Part shown: positions 52,296 to 62,314 of the stretch, piece after piece | Numbering within the stretch: the stretch's first letter is position 1 | Layout of the letters: each line of letters starts with the position of its first letter | Assembly: GCA_963745835.1 (NCBI GenBank) | Contig: CAVUZH010000014.1 | Span: 448,001 to 512,000 of the forward strand | Length of the DNA: 64,000 bases | Source of the DNA: an uncultured delta proteobacterium | GTDB lineage: Bacteria > Desulfobacterota > Binatia > UBA9968 | Direction: 5' to 3' | Notes under the pieces: generated by a model | Databases searched by the model: none | Told to the model about the DNA's origin: nothing | The model's input: the letters and a program-made list of their open reading frames with translations, nothing else | Position numbers and translations under genes: made by a program

Positions 52296-53153
52296 TCAAG
52301 GTTGCGTTACGATACTTGGTTCCATGCCTTCTAATTTGATCGGCAAGTATTCTTTGGCAAAAACTCGGATTGCAGCAGCGACATCGACGGCGGTTCGATC
52401 GACGTAACTGCGCGCGCGAAGCCGGGTTCCAAACTCCAACTGGATGGCATCAATGCCGGTCGCGCGGTGGCTGCCGTAGGTTTGCGCGGTATGGCCGCCA
52501 CTATAACGTGACTCGCGATCATTGACACTGGCGTCGGGCAGTATTTTGTATCCTCTTAAAGCTAACTGGCCGAGTATGCTATGAGATCCAGTCAGTGCTT
52601 GCCGGCCAAATCTCCGAACCAGGTCCGTCACACTCTTACCATGTCTGGTGCCGCGGAAGATAACGTTTGCCTCCGCGGCCTGTCCATGAATATCGAGCAG
52701 CAAGCCGCGTCCCCAGACCTGACGTATCTGTTTGCACGCTTCATCAACTGCGCTGTGAAAAGCGGCATAATAGGGCTGCGCTTCAAGAGCCTCATAAGCT
52801 TCAATGGGCGGGCGATTGGCATCGATGTATTTGCGGTCGAAGCGGGCGATGACAAGAAACGGCTTGGCTCCGGACATTTGGCCAAGCTTCAGCGCAATGG
52901 CTTCGGCTAATTCTGCTGTATTATGATCGCGCCCGGTTTTGAACTGCGGCACACCATTGCCCTGGCGAATGCCGATCCCCGGGATTACCTCACGGCCGCC
53001 ATGTGGCGCGACCAGAACGAGCGGCAGGTTACCGGTCGTAAGCGTCAGCAGCCGTTCAGCTTCGAATACGCTTTGCGCCAGGGCTTCGGTTTGCAACCAG
53101 CCTGTGAGCGCCAGCAGAGCCGAGCTCAAAACCCGTGTGCACTCGCGGTACAT
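52296..53153 (-). CDS. N-formylglutamate amidohydrolase-like protein, probably exported
   Basis: APHGG, IDANR, LLDIHG, AIQLE. Confidence 0.75.
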   Translation of the reverse strand: MYRECTRVLSSALLALTGWLQTEALAQSVFEAERLLTLTTGNLPLVLVAPHGGREVIPGIGIRQGNGVPQFKTGRDHNTAELAEAIALKLGQMSGAKPFLVIARFDRKYIDANRPPIEAYEALEAQPYYAAFHSAVDEACKQIRQVWGRGLLLDIHGQAAEANVIFRGTRHGKSVTDLVRRFGRQALTGSHSILGQLALRGYKILPDASVNDRESRYSGGHTAQTYGSHRATGIDAIQLEFGTRLRARSYVDRTAVDVAAAIRVFAKEYLPIKLEGMEPSIVTQP

Positions 53154-53205
53154 ATTACCTGTTATTCCTTTGGTCTAGGTTCGGCACTTTGACTTACGCC
53201 CGACT

Positions 53206-54045
53206 CTAATCAGATTCCGGCATCTTCTCGCGCAGCCGCTCTAAAAACCCGCTCGGAAACGGCTCGGCTTTAAGATCCAATGCCCGTTTCGCTTTGATCC
53301 AAGCCTCCGAGTACCGCTCCTGTGCATAGAGCGAAATAGCCCAAGCGCGCCAACTCGCTGCATCGTTTTGATCGATCTCGATGCTTTCGGCAAAGCGGTT
53401 ATTTGCAAGAACGAAACGATGCGCCCGACCAAGTTGGTCGGCCGGCGGCATTCGCGTCGCGTATTCGGAATGCAAGATCCCGAGATCAGTGAGCAACTGC
53501 ACTCGTTGAGATGAATCGTCGTTTAGTTCCCGCGCAATCTCTAGCTGTTCAACGGCTTCCTTGATTTTCCCTTGCTCGCTCAAGATCGCGCCGAACCCCC
53601 AGAACGCTTGATAATTTTTCTCATCGAGTTGCCAAGCTCGTATGAAATCCTGGAGCGCCAACTCGCGCTGGTTGTTCCTCACGAGCTTCCAGCCCTGCGC
53701 CGCAAATGCTTTGCTGGCGCTTGTGCGGCTGCCGTATTTCGCTACAGAGGCGCGAACGAAATCTTCGTCCGCGTTTTTCAGTGGTATTGATGGGCTAACT
53801 CCCGGCTCGTTGTAGACCGGCGGGGCTTCCGCAAACGCCAGCACAGATCCGGCTGACGCAAGCCGAAGAGAAAATGAAAAGAACAGAAGCAAAAAAACAA
53901 TCGCTCTTCCGAGCCTGGGCCTTTGTCGCCGATGAAATCTTTGATGGAAGCTTTGAAGCTTTATCGCCCCGTGCCATCGAAAACGGCACCGCCCAACCTG
54001 CGTCTGATTGCACTGATATAGCATCGAGCAATCATAACATGGCAA
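53206..54045 (-). CDS. TPR-repeat protein (start uncertain)
   Basis: RAWQLD..N.QAFWGFG, WAISLY...YSEAW helical repeats. Confidence 0.75.
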   Translation of the reverse strand: MPCYDCSMLYQCNQTQVGRCRFRWHGAIKLQSFHQRFHRRQRPRLGRAIVFLLLFFSFSLRLASAGSVLAFAEAPPVYNEPGVSPSIPLKNADEDFVRASVAKYGSRTSASKAFAAQGWKLVRNNQRELALQDFIRAWQLDEKNYQAFWGFGAILSEQGKIKEAVEQLEIARELNDDSSQRVQLLTDLGILHSEYATRMPPADQLGRAHRFVLANNRFAESIEIDQNDAASWRAWAISLYAQERYSEAWIKAKRALDLKAEPFPSGFLERLREKMPESD

Positions 54046-54191
54046 CCGCTCTCAACAAGATTTATTGCCGTCAAGTGTCAAAGTAATCTTCGGGAGTTTG
54101 TGCCGGCTAAAAATCTGAGCAGCCTTTCAGTTGCTTGACCGTCAGCGGGTCTGAGGATATTTTGACGGGAATCCAAGTCAAGGAGTTTCAG

Positions 54192-54962
54192 ATGATCGAA
54201 GGACTTAAAGATAAAGTCGTTATCGTCACCGGCGGGGGTCATGGGATCGGCCGGGCTTATTGCCTGGGTTTTGGCGGAGCCGGCGCGAAAGTCGTTGTCG
54301 CAGACATTGATGAACCGGCCTCCGTCAAGGTAGCCAAGGAAGTCAATTCTCAAACCGATGCGCAATCGTTGTCGGTGAAGGTCGATGTTGCCAATGAGGC
54401 CTCGACGCAGGAGATGGTCAGGCTCGCTCTCGATCGCTTCGGCAAAGTCGATATTCTGATCAACAACGCTGCGATCTTCGCAACAATTCCCATGAACCGG
54501 GGCGGTATCGATTCCATCGATCCTGACGAGTGGGACCGAATGATGTCGGTGAATCTCAAAGGCCTCTTCTTTTGCTGTCGCGCCGTGCTGCCGATCATGC
54601 GCAAGCAGAAATCCGGCAAGATCGTCAATATTTCGTCGGGCACAGCATTGAACGGCAGCGCCGGGCGTATTCACTATGTAACGTCGAAGGCCGGCGTGAT
54701 TGGTTTCACGCGAACCCTGGCGCGCGAAGTCGGCGAAGACAACATCAATGTCAATGCCCTCGCGCCGGGCTCAACCCTTTCGGAAGAAAATCCCACCGAA
54801 GAGATTATCAAAATGCGCGGCGCGCGTTTGACCGATCGATGTTTAAAACGAGTGCAGCTACCCAAGGACTTGGTCGGAACCGTTTTGTTTCTATCTTCTC
54901 CTTTGAGCGATTTCATGACCGGCCAAACCGTCGCCGTCGATGGCGGCGTGGCGTTTTTGTAG
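54192..54962 (+). CDS. SDR oxidoreductase
   Basis: AGGAG RBS; TGGGHGIG, NNAA, YVTSK. Confidence 0.94.
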   Translation: MIEGLKDKVVIVTGGGHGIGRAYCLGFGGAGAKVVVADIDEPASVKVAKEVNSQTDAQSLSVKVDVANEASTQEMVRLALDRFGKVDILINNAAIFATIPMNRGGIDSIDPDEWDRMMSVNLKGLFFCCRAVLPIMRKQKSGKIVNISSGTALNGSAGRIHYVTSKAGVIGFTRTLAREVGEDNINVNALAPGSTLSEENPTEEIIKMRGARLTDRCLKRVQLPKDLVGTVLFLSSPLSDFMTGQTVAVDGGVAFL

Positions 54963-54974
54963 GTTTCCATCTCC

Positions 54975-55796
54975 ATGGCCGGTTACCAGCATCGAACTAT
55001 CCGTGTCGGTGACGTCAAGACTCACTTTCTTGAAGCCGGGAGCGGCCCGGATCTGCTGTTGCTTCACGGCGGTGAATACGGCGCATCGGCCGAAATCACC
55101 TGGAAATACAGCATCGAATCGCTAGCGCAGCAGTTTCATGTGGTTGCGCCCGACGTTCTCGGTTGGGGCGAGACCGACAAGATTTACAGCTTTTCCGATC
55201 CGGCCGGCTACCGCATCAGCCATATGAAACGATTTCTGGAAACGATCGGCGTCAGCAAGGCCTACTTCGTCGGCAACTCGGCGGGAGGCGGCTTGATCTT
55301 ACGAGCTTCCGTGCTCGATCCGACGCCATTTCAAATCCGCAAGATGGTCACCATCTGCGGCAACGCCAGCGTGTTCAAAACCCAATCGCAAGCTGATCTG
55401 GAAAACTATACGCCCTCATTGGAGAACATGAAGAAGATCGTCGCACTGCTTTACCATGATCCCAAATGGCAGAGCGAAGAAAATATCCGCGAGCGCTATG
55501 AGAGTTCGATTGTCCCTGGCGCGTGGGAAACGCTCTCGGCAGCGCGCCTGAGAAGCCCGGTGCACCAGGCGCGCTCCAGCACGGAAGAGTTCGTCAAGAA
55601 GCTTTCACAGTTGCGCTTGCCATTACTGATCATGTCCTGCGAACACGATCCGCTGAATCAAAGAGATTGGGACATCAATTTTCAAAAGATCGTTCCCGGT
55701 TCCAGAGTTCATCGCTTCAAGCATTCAGCCCATGAGCCGCAAATCGAGGAGGCCGAGGAATTCAATCGGGTGCTAGCTGAATTCTTGCTTGATTAG
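54975..55796 (+). CDS. Alpha/beta hydrolase (meta-cleavage product hydrolase-like)
   Basis: LLHGG, GNSAGG nucleophile elbow, C-terminal His. Confidence 0.88.
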   Translation: MAGYQHRTIRVGDVKTHFLEAGSGPDLLLLHGGEYGASAEITWKYSIESLAQQFHVVAPDVLGWGETDKIYSFSDPAGYRISHMKRFLETIGVSKAYFVGNSAGGGLILRASVLDPTPFQIRKMVTICGNASVFKTQSQADLENYTPSLENMKKIVALLYHDPKWQSEENIRERYESSIVPGAWETLSAARLRSPVHQARSSTEEFVKKLSQLRLPLLIMSCEHDPLNQRDWDINFQKIVPGSRVHRFKHSAHEPQIEEAEEFNRVLAEFLLD

Positions 55797-55999
55797 CGGT
55801 CCTCCCGTTCACCGTCAATTGTCTCCCGTCAGCAATGAATCAGTGCCGCCTAGCGGCATCCGCTGCACTAGAGGTAAGGGCGGACACCGCTGGACGAGCA
55901 TGTCAGGCGTGGTAACCGGTTGCAGTGGGTGGGACGCACGGAGCCATAGAGTTGGTCATCAAACCGAGTGAGTTAGTTGCGCTATCTAAATAGATTTGT

Positions 56000-56560
56000 T
56001 TATTGCTGGTAAATTTTATCTTCCCTCACCACCACGAAACCGTACATTTTGTCTTCTACAAAATGATTCCGTATGGCGCAAATTACTAGGTAAGTTCCGG
56101 GCTTTGAGAAATGAACCACTTCAACCCGGTCGCGTGCTCCAGTTGGAGCGGTTTCATTGGCACCGCGGTAAATTCTTTTATCGGGATCATCTATTACGCC
56201 GCCCGCCGTCGTGATACCAGGGACCAGCATATTTTGATCGATGTCCCCGGGCCGAGTGCCGTCATCATAAATGGCGACGACATGGTTGCCACTGATGATG
56301 AAGTTCACTCCCCCGCTATCGTTTCGTGAGATATTGATATTGGCTACATTAGGTATCATTTCGTGGTGATTGCCCGCACCCATGGCCGGGTTGCCGGCAA
56401 ATCTATCAAGCGGCGGGTCGGTTTGCCAAAGGCCAAAGCTTACAGTCGTATCAGCGCGGCGACCACTCAGTCGATAGTCATCCACAGTTTGCGATCTTGC
56501 GCTCGGGGCTATAACACAGAAACTTAGAATGGTAATGATCAGTACTACGGACCGTTTCAT
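56000..56560 (-). CDS. Secreted cupredoxin-like (type 1 copper) protein
   Basis: Signal peptide; GNH...PGTYLVICAIRNHFVEDKMYG (His/Cys/His/Met). Confidence 0.8.
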   Translation of the reverse strand: MKRSVVLIITILSFCVIAPSARSQTVDDYRLSGRRADTTVSFGLWQTDPPLDRFAGNPAMGAGNHHEMIPNVANINISRNDSGGVNFIISGNHVVAIYDDGTRPGDIDQNMLVPGITTAGGVIDDPDKRIYRGANETAPTGARDRVEVVHFSKPGTYLVICAIRNHFVEDKMYGFVVVREDKIYQQ

Positions 56561-56745
56561 TAGTTTTCCTCCCATGTGGTGATGGACTTTGTGATAACCT
56601 CCGTGGCGCGGCCTATCGCCTCCGCGAAGCTTCCACGGAAAGACCCTCGGGAGGCATATTTCAATTCGCATGACCGAGTTTACGGTTGATATGTTAATCT
56701 CGAGTTTCGGCATTTCTTAGCTCCTTCGGATTCTGAACTCGAATG

Positions 56746-57706
56746 CTACTGCGAACGGTTCGCATTAAGCTGCAGCGTCTGTTGCAGCGCTTGCTCCAAC
56801 TCTCGCACGGTCACAAGCCCTTCAAACTTCCCCCGGATGATTCCTTCCCCGTCAACTACAAAAATCCACGGCTCGGAGACGAGGCGCCACTCTTCTACAG
56901 TCGGAAAAACCTTTTTGCTGGCGAAGTCCTGCCAGATTTCCTGATGGATAAAGGCAACTCGCTTGTTGTAAGTGGGAAACAACTGCCGAACGATATCGAC
57001 TACCGGGCCGCACATTCGGCTGGTGCAGAACTGCGGGGTGGCGAAGACGATGAGCTGGGGCTTCCGTTGAGCGATGGCCTCCGCGATTCGTACTTGGTGT
57101 AGTCGAGGATCGGGTTTCTGACTGGTATCAATTTGGCGCAGATCACGCACGTCCGAGGCGATCAAATTGCGACTGCGCGGCGCGAGAGTGCCCAAGCCCG
57201 GCGTTTGCGGCGCGCTGGCCACCGTAACCGTGAGACGCGCCGTTGCCAAAGAGCCATTATCATCCCGCGCCTGCAGCTCGATACCCCAAGGACCAGGATG
57301 CGTGAACGTGAGCCGAGTGACATAAAGACCGCGCACCTCGCTTTCGGCACGATGCACGTGCCGTGTGCCGTCAGCATGACGATGCACGCGCCCGCCACTC
57401 TCGCGCAATTTCGACCGGATGATAAAGAGCGTTGGTTTCCGCTATAAGGTTTGGCTTCGGCCCATCGATTGAATAAATCCGAAGTTGAACATCGGCGTTT
57501 TCCAGAAGCTTGTTTGCCTTTGCGAGTCCAAAGGCAAAGCGATTTTCGCCGACGATCAGTTCCGATGTCGTGATTAGCGGTTGCAGATCGTCATTCGATT
57601 CGGCTGCTAACGCTATCCCGAAGTCCGCCGGGTGGCGGTGAATCAAATGGAGACCAGTCAATAGAAGGAGTAACGCGAGGACGCCAGAAAAAATCTCTTT
57701 CATCAC
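56746..57706 (-). CDS. Exported thioredoxin-like protein with His-rich loop, frameshift near 57405
   Basis: Signal peptide + VGENRFAFGL in one frame; HRHADGTRHVH, FATPQFCTSRMCGPVVD, EPWIFVVD in the next. Confidence 0.75.
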
Positions 57707-58200
57707 TATCCATCCTGTGAATCCAAGAAGTTATGATGAAATTATCTCTGCTAGCCCGGGTGCGTTGATCGAGGAGTAATTTGATCATCTACCCTGCTGC
57801 TGCGGGCATGTCAATAAAATTTTATTGAGTATTGCACTGCTAATTGTTTGGCGGAATAACTGATCGGATTCGAATACTGGTCCTGAGCTGCGCTTCTCTA
57901 TAGATGCGACAACACTCCTGCCATCTTCTTCTGGCCTGTCGCTGCACTTAATCTGACCAGAAAAGATCCGAGCGGCGCGGTATCTGTAATGAGCCTGCAA
58001 TCGCGCGCTCCAGGAGGGAGGCCTACGAATGGATTACTTCGCTATATCAAAAGTTAGACCGGGATTGTGGTTGCCACGCGAAATAGTCGCTTGCAACTAC
58101 ACTGTAGCAGTTCCTTGCCCACCCATTAGCAGTAGCAGATGCCACCACAACGACCAGTCTCACTTTGGCCCAGATGGAGAATCATCAAGTCGCCGCATGC

Positions 58201-58488
58201 CTAACGGGTTCGATTGTACTCATAGTCTTCACGTTCGCTCGTGCCCACTCTCAGCTCCGGCGGCATAGTCGGACGAACACTGGTCAATGCGTGCACGTCC
58301 AGAGCTGCCTTGTCGATCCATCGTTCCAGCAGCACCAGTTTGTCGGGATTCACAGCACTTTGAAATACCTCAAACTGTTCACAGCCAGGCTCTTTCATCA
58401 CTTCCGTACAGTACGCCCTATACAGTTGTGCGAGCTCCGCGCCTCTTCCCGGTGCCGCTGCGATAGTTACAATCAGCCTAATTGCCAT
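58201..58488 (-). CDS. Antibiotic biosynthesis monooxygenase (ABM) family protein
   Basis: EPGCEQFEV...LLERW...LDVH. Confidence 0.88.
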   Translation of the reverse strand: MAIRLIVTIAAAPGRGAELAQLYRAYCTEVMKEPGCEQFEVFQSAVNPDKLVLLERWIDKAALDVHALTSVRPTMPPELRVGTSEREDYEYNRTR

Positions 58489-58611
58489 ATCCTCTCCTCT
58501 TTCCCGGCTTGCCGGTGACGTATAATCTCGCACCGGCGCCGTCGAAACAATCTGCGATCGGAGCAGTGCCACACAATCATGCGGCGGGCGCAAACTGCAC
58601 GTCGCCGCTTC

Positions 58612-59295
58612 TTACGTCCGCTTGGTACCGGCGCGTGCGAACTCGTCCCGTCGTGCGACTGTCGCCTTTAGAAGATGAGCCGGGATGTCTTTCGCGCCAC
58701 CCAGCACTTCGGCGAAAATCGCCATCTGGGCAGCCTCCTCGACGATCAAGTTGGCCCGCGCCGCTGCCGCTGGATCCGCGCCAAAGGCGAGCACCCCATG
58801 ATTTTCCAACAGCACTGCTTTGGTATTAGCCGCACTGCTCAGAGCGGCGGCGATATTGTCCACGGATGCCGCGGAACCTCGGGGGCCATAATGCGCCAGC
58901 GGCACACCGTCAGTCATCTCGGCGCGCACTAGGGCCTCATAGGAGCAGGATAGGGACCGGCTGGCGAGCGCGAAACTGGTGGCGTAAGTGGAATGAGTGT
59001 GCACCACAGCGCCTGTCTCGGGGCGTTGCTTGTACACCACCGCGTGCATGTGGACGATTTCAGCGTTGGTCGGATTGATTGCACCTTCGAGGAGTCGTCC
59101 ATCAAGATCGAGGAGCGCGAGATTCTCGGGATTGAGACTGTCGAACGAACTGGTCGCGGTGAGCAGAATAGTATCGGTGTTCGGCACACGCACGCTGAAG
59201 TTGCCATGATGGCTCATCGAAATCGCGCCGACGCGCACCAGCATATTCGCGCCATCGACAACAGCTTGGCGCAAGGCTAGATGTCCGAGTGTCAT
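58612..59295 (-). CDS. Class II aldolase/adducin family protein
   Basis: GNFSVR, HAVVY, VVHTHS, LENHG. Confidence 0.92.
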   Translation of the reverse strand: MTLGHLALRQAVVDGANMLVRVGAISMSHHGNFSVRVPNTDTILLTATSSFDSLNPENLALLDLDGRLLEGAINPTNAEIVHMHAVVYKQRPETGAVVHTHSTYATSFALASRSLSCSYEALVRAEMTDGVPLAHYGPRGSAASVDNIAAALSSAANTKAVLLENHGVLAFGADPAAAARANLIVEEAAQMAIFAEVLGGAKDIPAHLLKATVARRDEFARAGTKRT

Positions 59296-59516
59296 AATTC
59301 CTCCTCTGCTGACCGGAGCATCAACGATTGATGTTGCGGACGAACCGCCGAAGAACGACAAAGTCGATTAAAAGCGCACATAGACTCAGGCGCTACACTG
59401 ATCGTAGATGAACCTTACCTTTGCATTTTCATACGACTATCGGCAGATGTATTTTTCCTACCGTATGAGCGACACCGTAAATAACCTCCACCAGTTCGCA
59501 AGTCGTAACACTAGGC

Positions 59517-60074
59517 TCATTTCTTTGGTTCCAGAAAACTCAGCCGTTCGGCCATCGGTGTCTGTGCAAAAACGTATCCGCACACCTGGCAGGTCCGAAT
59601 CTGTTCGTTGTCGTTAAACTCCTGATAGACGGCCGAAACCTGACTCGGAATATTGCCCTGATTCACGACTCGACTGAGGACCAGTTCGTCGCATCTCTCG
59701 CAGAACCAGGCAAACTCTTCCTTTTCTTCATCACGGCGTTTGCGTTCGATAACCAGGCCCCAGGTGTTTTCATAGCGGCGCGGCGAATGCGGCAGATCGC
59801 CGGGACAAACAAAAATCTCTCCCTGCTTGATCGTAACGACCTCTCGCCTTTCGCCCGGCGGCTTCAAGTGCAGCTCCATGTCGCCTTCGATTTGGTAAAA
59901 AAACTCGTCGCCAGGCTCGATGTGAAAATCGAGCCGAGTATTGGGCCCGCGCAGAATCATCACCAAAAAATCTTTGTGATGGACGATGAGTTGATTGGTT
60001 CTGAACGGAGGGTTGAAAAGGTGCTGATTCTCATCGACCCAGCGCTTTAAATTGAATGTCGAAAGCGTTTCCAT
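59517..60074 (-). CDS. nbaC: 3-hydroxyanthranilate 3,4-dioxygenase-like cupin
   Basis: GPNTRLDFH, EFFYQ, PHSPRR, GLVIERKR, WFCERC...RTCQVCG. Confidence 0.88.
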   Translation of the reverse strand: METLSTFNLKRWVDENQHLFNPPFRTNQLIVHHKDFLVMILRGPNTRLDFHIEPGDEFFYQIEGDMELHLKPPGERREVVTIKQGEIFVCPGDLPHSPRRYENTWGLVIERKRRDEEKEEFAWFCERCDELVLSRVVNQGNIPSQVSAVYQEFNDNEQIRTCQVCGYVFAQTPMAERLSFLEPKK

Positions 60075-60122
60075 CACCACTACTCGAACTCAGGCGGGCG
60101 CAACATAGAGGTAAATGCCAAA

Positions 60123-60908
60123 TCAATGCAGATTTCTTCGCGCGCACTCCCGCGCGACGCCGTCAGTTAGTGCCCACCAAATCGATAAGCCCTTATGCAG
60201 GGCCTTGAGCACTCTGACTTGGAGCTCGTTCGTGGTAGCAAACTGTTCGACGAGCTCATAACCGATATTGCTGTGCTCGGTGTCCGCCTCGCCATGTTCG
60301 GCAAAAAATTCGATGTTGTTCGAACTCAATCCGTAGTGGGTCTTGAAGGCTTTGAAGAATCTGCCGCCGGTCAATTGATTGGAAAACTCATTGCAGCAGT
60401 TGGTCGCCGCCACTTGCTCGAGAATATGATTGCTGCGCAACGCGATATCGATCCAGCCGATCCGCGCTAAAACAGTCGTCGGGAGGAAGTCTTCTTCACG
60501 TTCGCAACGCTCCAATTCCTGCGCGGGAATTCCGATGCTCTCTCCGAAACGGAGAAACAACGCCCGATGGCCGGGCACGGGCCGCGGGCTGCCTTCAAAG
60601 TATTTATAGCCCACCTCTGAGTGAATGATGTCGACGAATTTTTTGTGAATTTCCGGATCGTGAATCCCCGATAACTGGCACCGAACTAGTTTCGCGGTAT
60701 TGATCGCCACGTTGCAAGCAAAAATTCCCCAAGCCTCTTTCGCCCAGATCCTGACCGCGTCTAACGGCAATTTTCCATCGTAAAGGTCCGCATAGAACGG
60801 GTGGTGTAGACGGGCATGCCGATTCTTGACCTCATCGATCAGTACATTACAGAAATCTTCAGTCGGTAAAGTTTCGCCACTGAGCACCATTTCGGCTGAC
60901 ATCATCAC
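60123..60908 (-). CDS. Heme-oxygenase-like diiron protein (TenA/PqqC/CADD-like)
   Basis: HPFY...GKL, HSE...GH, NE, FFAEHGEADTEH. Confidence 0.8.
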   Translation of the reverse strand: MMMSAEMVLSGETLPTEDFCNVLIDEVKNRHARLHHPFYADLYDGKLPLDAVRIWAKEAWGIFACNVAINTAKLVRCQLSGIHDPEIHKKFVDIIHSEVGYKYFEGSPRPVPGHRALFLRFGESIGIPAQELERCEREEDFLPTTVLARIGWIDIALRSNHILEQVAATNCCNEFSNQLTGGRFFKAFKTHYGLSSNNIEFFAEHGEADTEHSNIGYELVEQFATTNELQVRVLKALHKGLSIWWALTDGVARECARRNLH

Positions 60909-60952
60909 CTCGCTTCATACTTGAAATTCATAAGCTTCTTCACCTTGCGCCT

Positions 60953-61396
60953 TCATTTCAGCGCTAGGCCCTTCTCCCGATTATCGTATTTATATTTATT
61001 TGCATTGCAGGCGATCTCTACGCGATTTCCGTCCGGATCCAGAAAACTAATCGAACGGTTGCCGGCAACTTCCAGTGTCTCCGGGCCGCTGACAATCGGG
61101 ATCTTTCGTCTTTTGAGAACCGGATACAGATCATCGATTTCCTTATTGGAGCCGACATAGATGCAGAAGTGGTGGATTTTGGGAACGCCGTTAGCGCTGA
61201 CTGCTCTAGCCCCTTTTGGCAGCTCCATGAGAGCAATGTCATGATGCTCCCGACCGTAGCTCAAGAAAGTCATCTTCGTCCTGAGATTACGCGCCGACAC
61301 TTTGAGCCCGAGCACAGTACGATAGAATCCCTCTGACTTTTTCAGGTCAGCAACATTGAGGACAATATGCCCGAGCACGCCACTCTTGATCGGCAT
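60953..61396 (-). CDS. VOC/glyoxalase family protein
   Basis: GHIVLNV.DL..S..FY..VLGL, HHDIAL, HH, DPDGNRVE. Confidence 0.9.
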   Translation of the reverse strand: MPIKSGVLGHIVLNVADLKKSEGFYRTVLGLKVSARNLRTKMTFLSYGREHHDIALMELPKGARAVSANGVPKIHHFCIYVGSNKEIDDLYPVLKRRKIPIVSGPETLEVAGNRSISFLDPDGNRVEIACNANKYKYDNREKGLALK

Positions 61397-61696
61397 AGAA
61401 ATCCTCATATTAAGCCCGCTCACGTCTGTCAAGGCGAACGGCTCATCGTAGCAGGCGAACTTGATCAAACTTCCGGACAGCAAGACTCCACGAAACATTA
61501 CCTACGTCATGGAATTTGTTTTGGTAGATGTGCAATGAATGAGGCAACGGATTCCACACAAAGTCAGCTGTGTGACGGATGGGTTCCGGCAAACTGACGC
61601 GGAAGCCAAAGACACGCTTCGACTCCCGCATCAGGTAGAGATCATCACTCAATGCCGATCGTCTGTCGGCCCTGAGGATCACGCTGCGTGGGTGAA

Positions 61697-62122
61697 TTAC
61701 CTCGACGAGCCGGAGCCCTTTTCCACCGTCCCCGTCATCGGGCTCTTCTCCGGCAGCGGCGTTCCGCCACTGCTCCGTTCAGACTTCGATCCACCCACTG
61801 ATTCATTCAGGTCTGGATTTATCGTCTGACCATCTTTTGTCCGCGACTGGCTCGTTCCCTTACTGGTGCCACTAGAACTGGAGTCCTTAGTTGACCCAGG
61901 GCCTTTCTCGACTGTCCCTGTCTGCGGGCTCTTCTCCGGGAGCGGAGTCTGACTGTCGTTACCTGTTCTCTCCGACTGCGAAGCACCGACGGATGGATTA
62001 AGGTCCGGATTCACTTTGCTGTCCCTGCTTTTAGTTTGCGCGAGACCCATTCCAGCATCGGCGGTAATCCAAGCTGCGGTGAGAACAGAAGCGGAAATCG
62101 CTAATAGCCTTTTGGCTTTCAT
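61697..62122 (-). CDS. Secreted low-complexity protein with an internal ~40-aa duplication
   Basis: AAGGAGG RBS, signal peptide, NPDLN.SVG.S.SER...TPLPEKSP.TGTVEKG x2. Confidence 0.85.
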   Translation of the reverse strand: MKAKRLLAISASVLTAAWITADAGMGLAQTKSRDSKVNPDLNPSVGASQSERTGNDSQTPLPEKSPQTGTVEKGPGSTKDSSSSGTSKGTSQSRTKDGQTINPDLNESVGGSKSERSSGGTPLPEKSPMTGTVEKGSGSSR

Positions 62123-62159
62123 AAATTAAAACCTCCTTCAAAAGATTACTTTAATCAGC

Positions 62160-62174
62160 GCAATGCGTATGCCA
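62160..62174 (-). promoter_or_regulatory. Putative sigma-54 (-24/-12) promoter
   Basis: TGGCAT-ACGCA-TTGC matches TGGCAC-N5-TTGC, 38 bp upstream of ATG 62122. Confidence 0.6.
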
Positions 62175-62314
62175 CATCGCTAACTGCTAGATTCCGTACC
62201 CATACGTAATTTTGTGTCTTAAGTGCGGGACGAGATAGAAGGCGCTAATTCAGATTTGAGATAGACCAGAGGGATCAGCGTAGTCGTAAAACAAGTCAGC
62301 GCTAGCTAGGCGGA

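Noticed and set aside
57371-57376. TGC-TGA (Cys-Sec) at the end of ORF 57371-57706
   Set aside because: The conserved protein continues in a different frame from ~57405, so this TGA is out of frame
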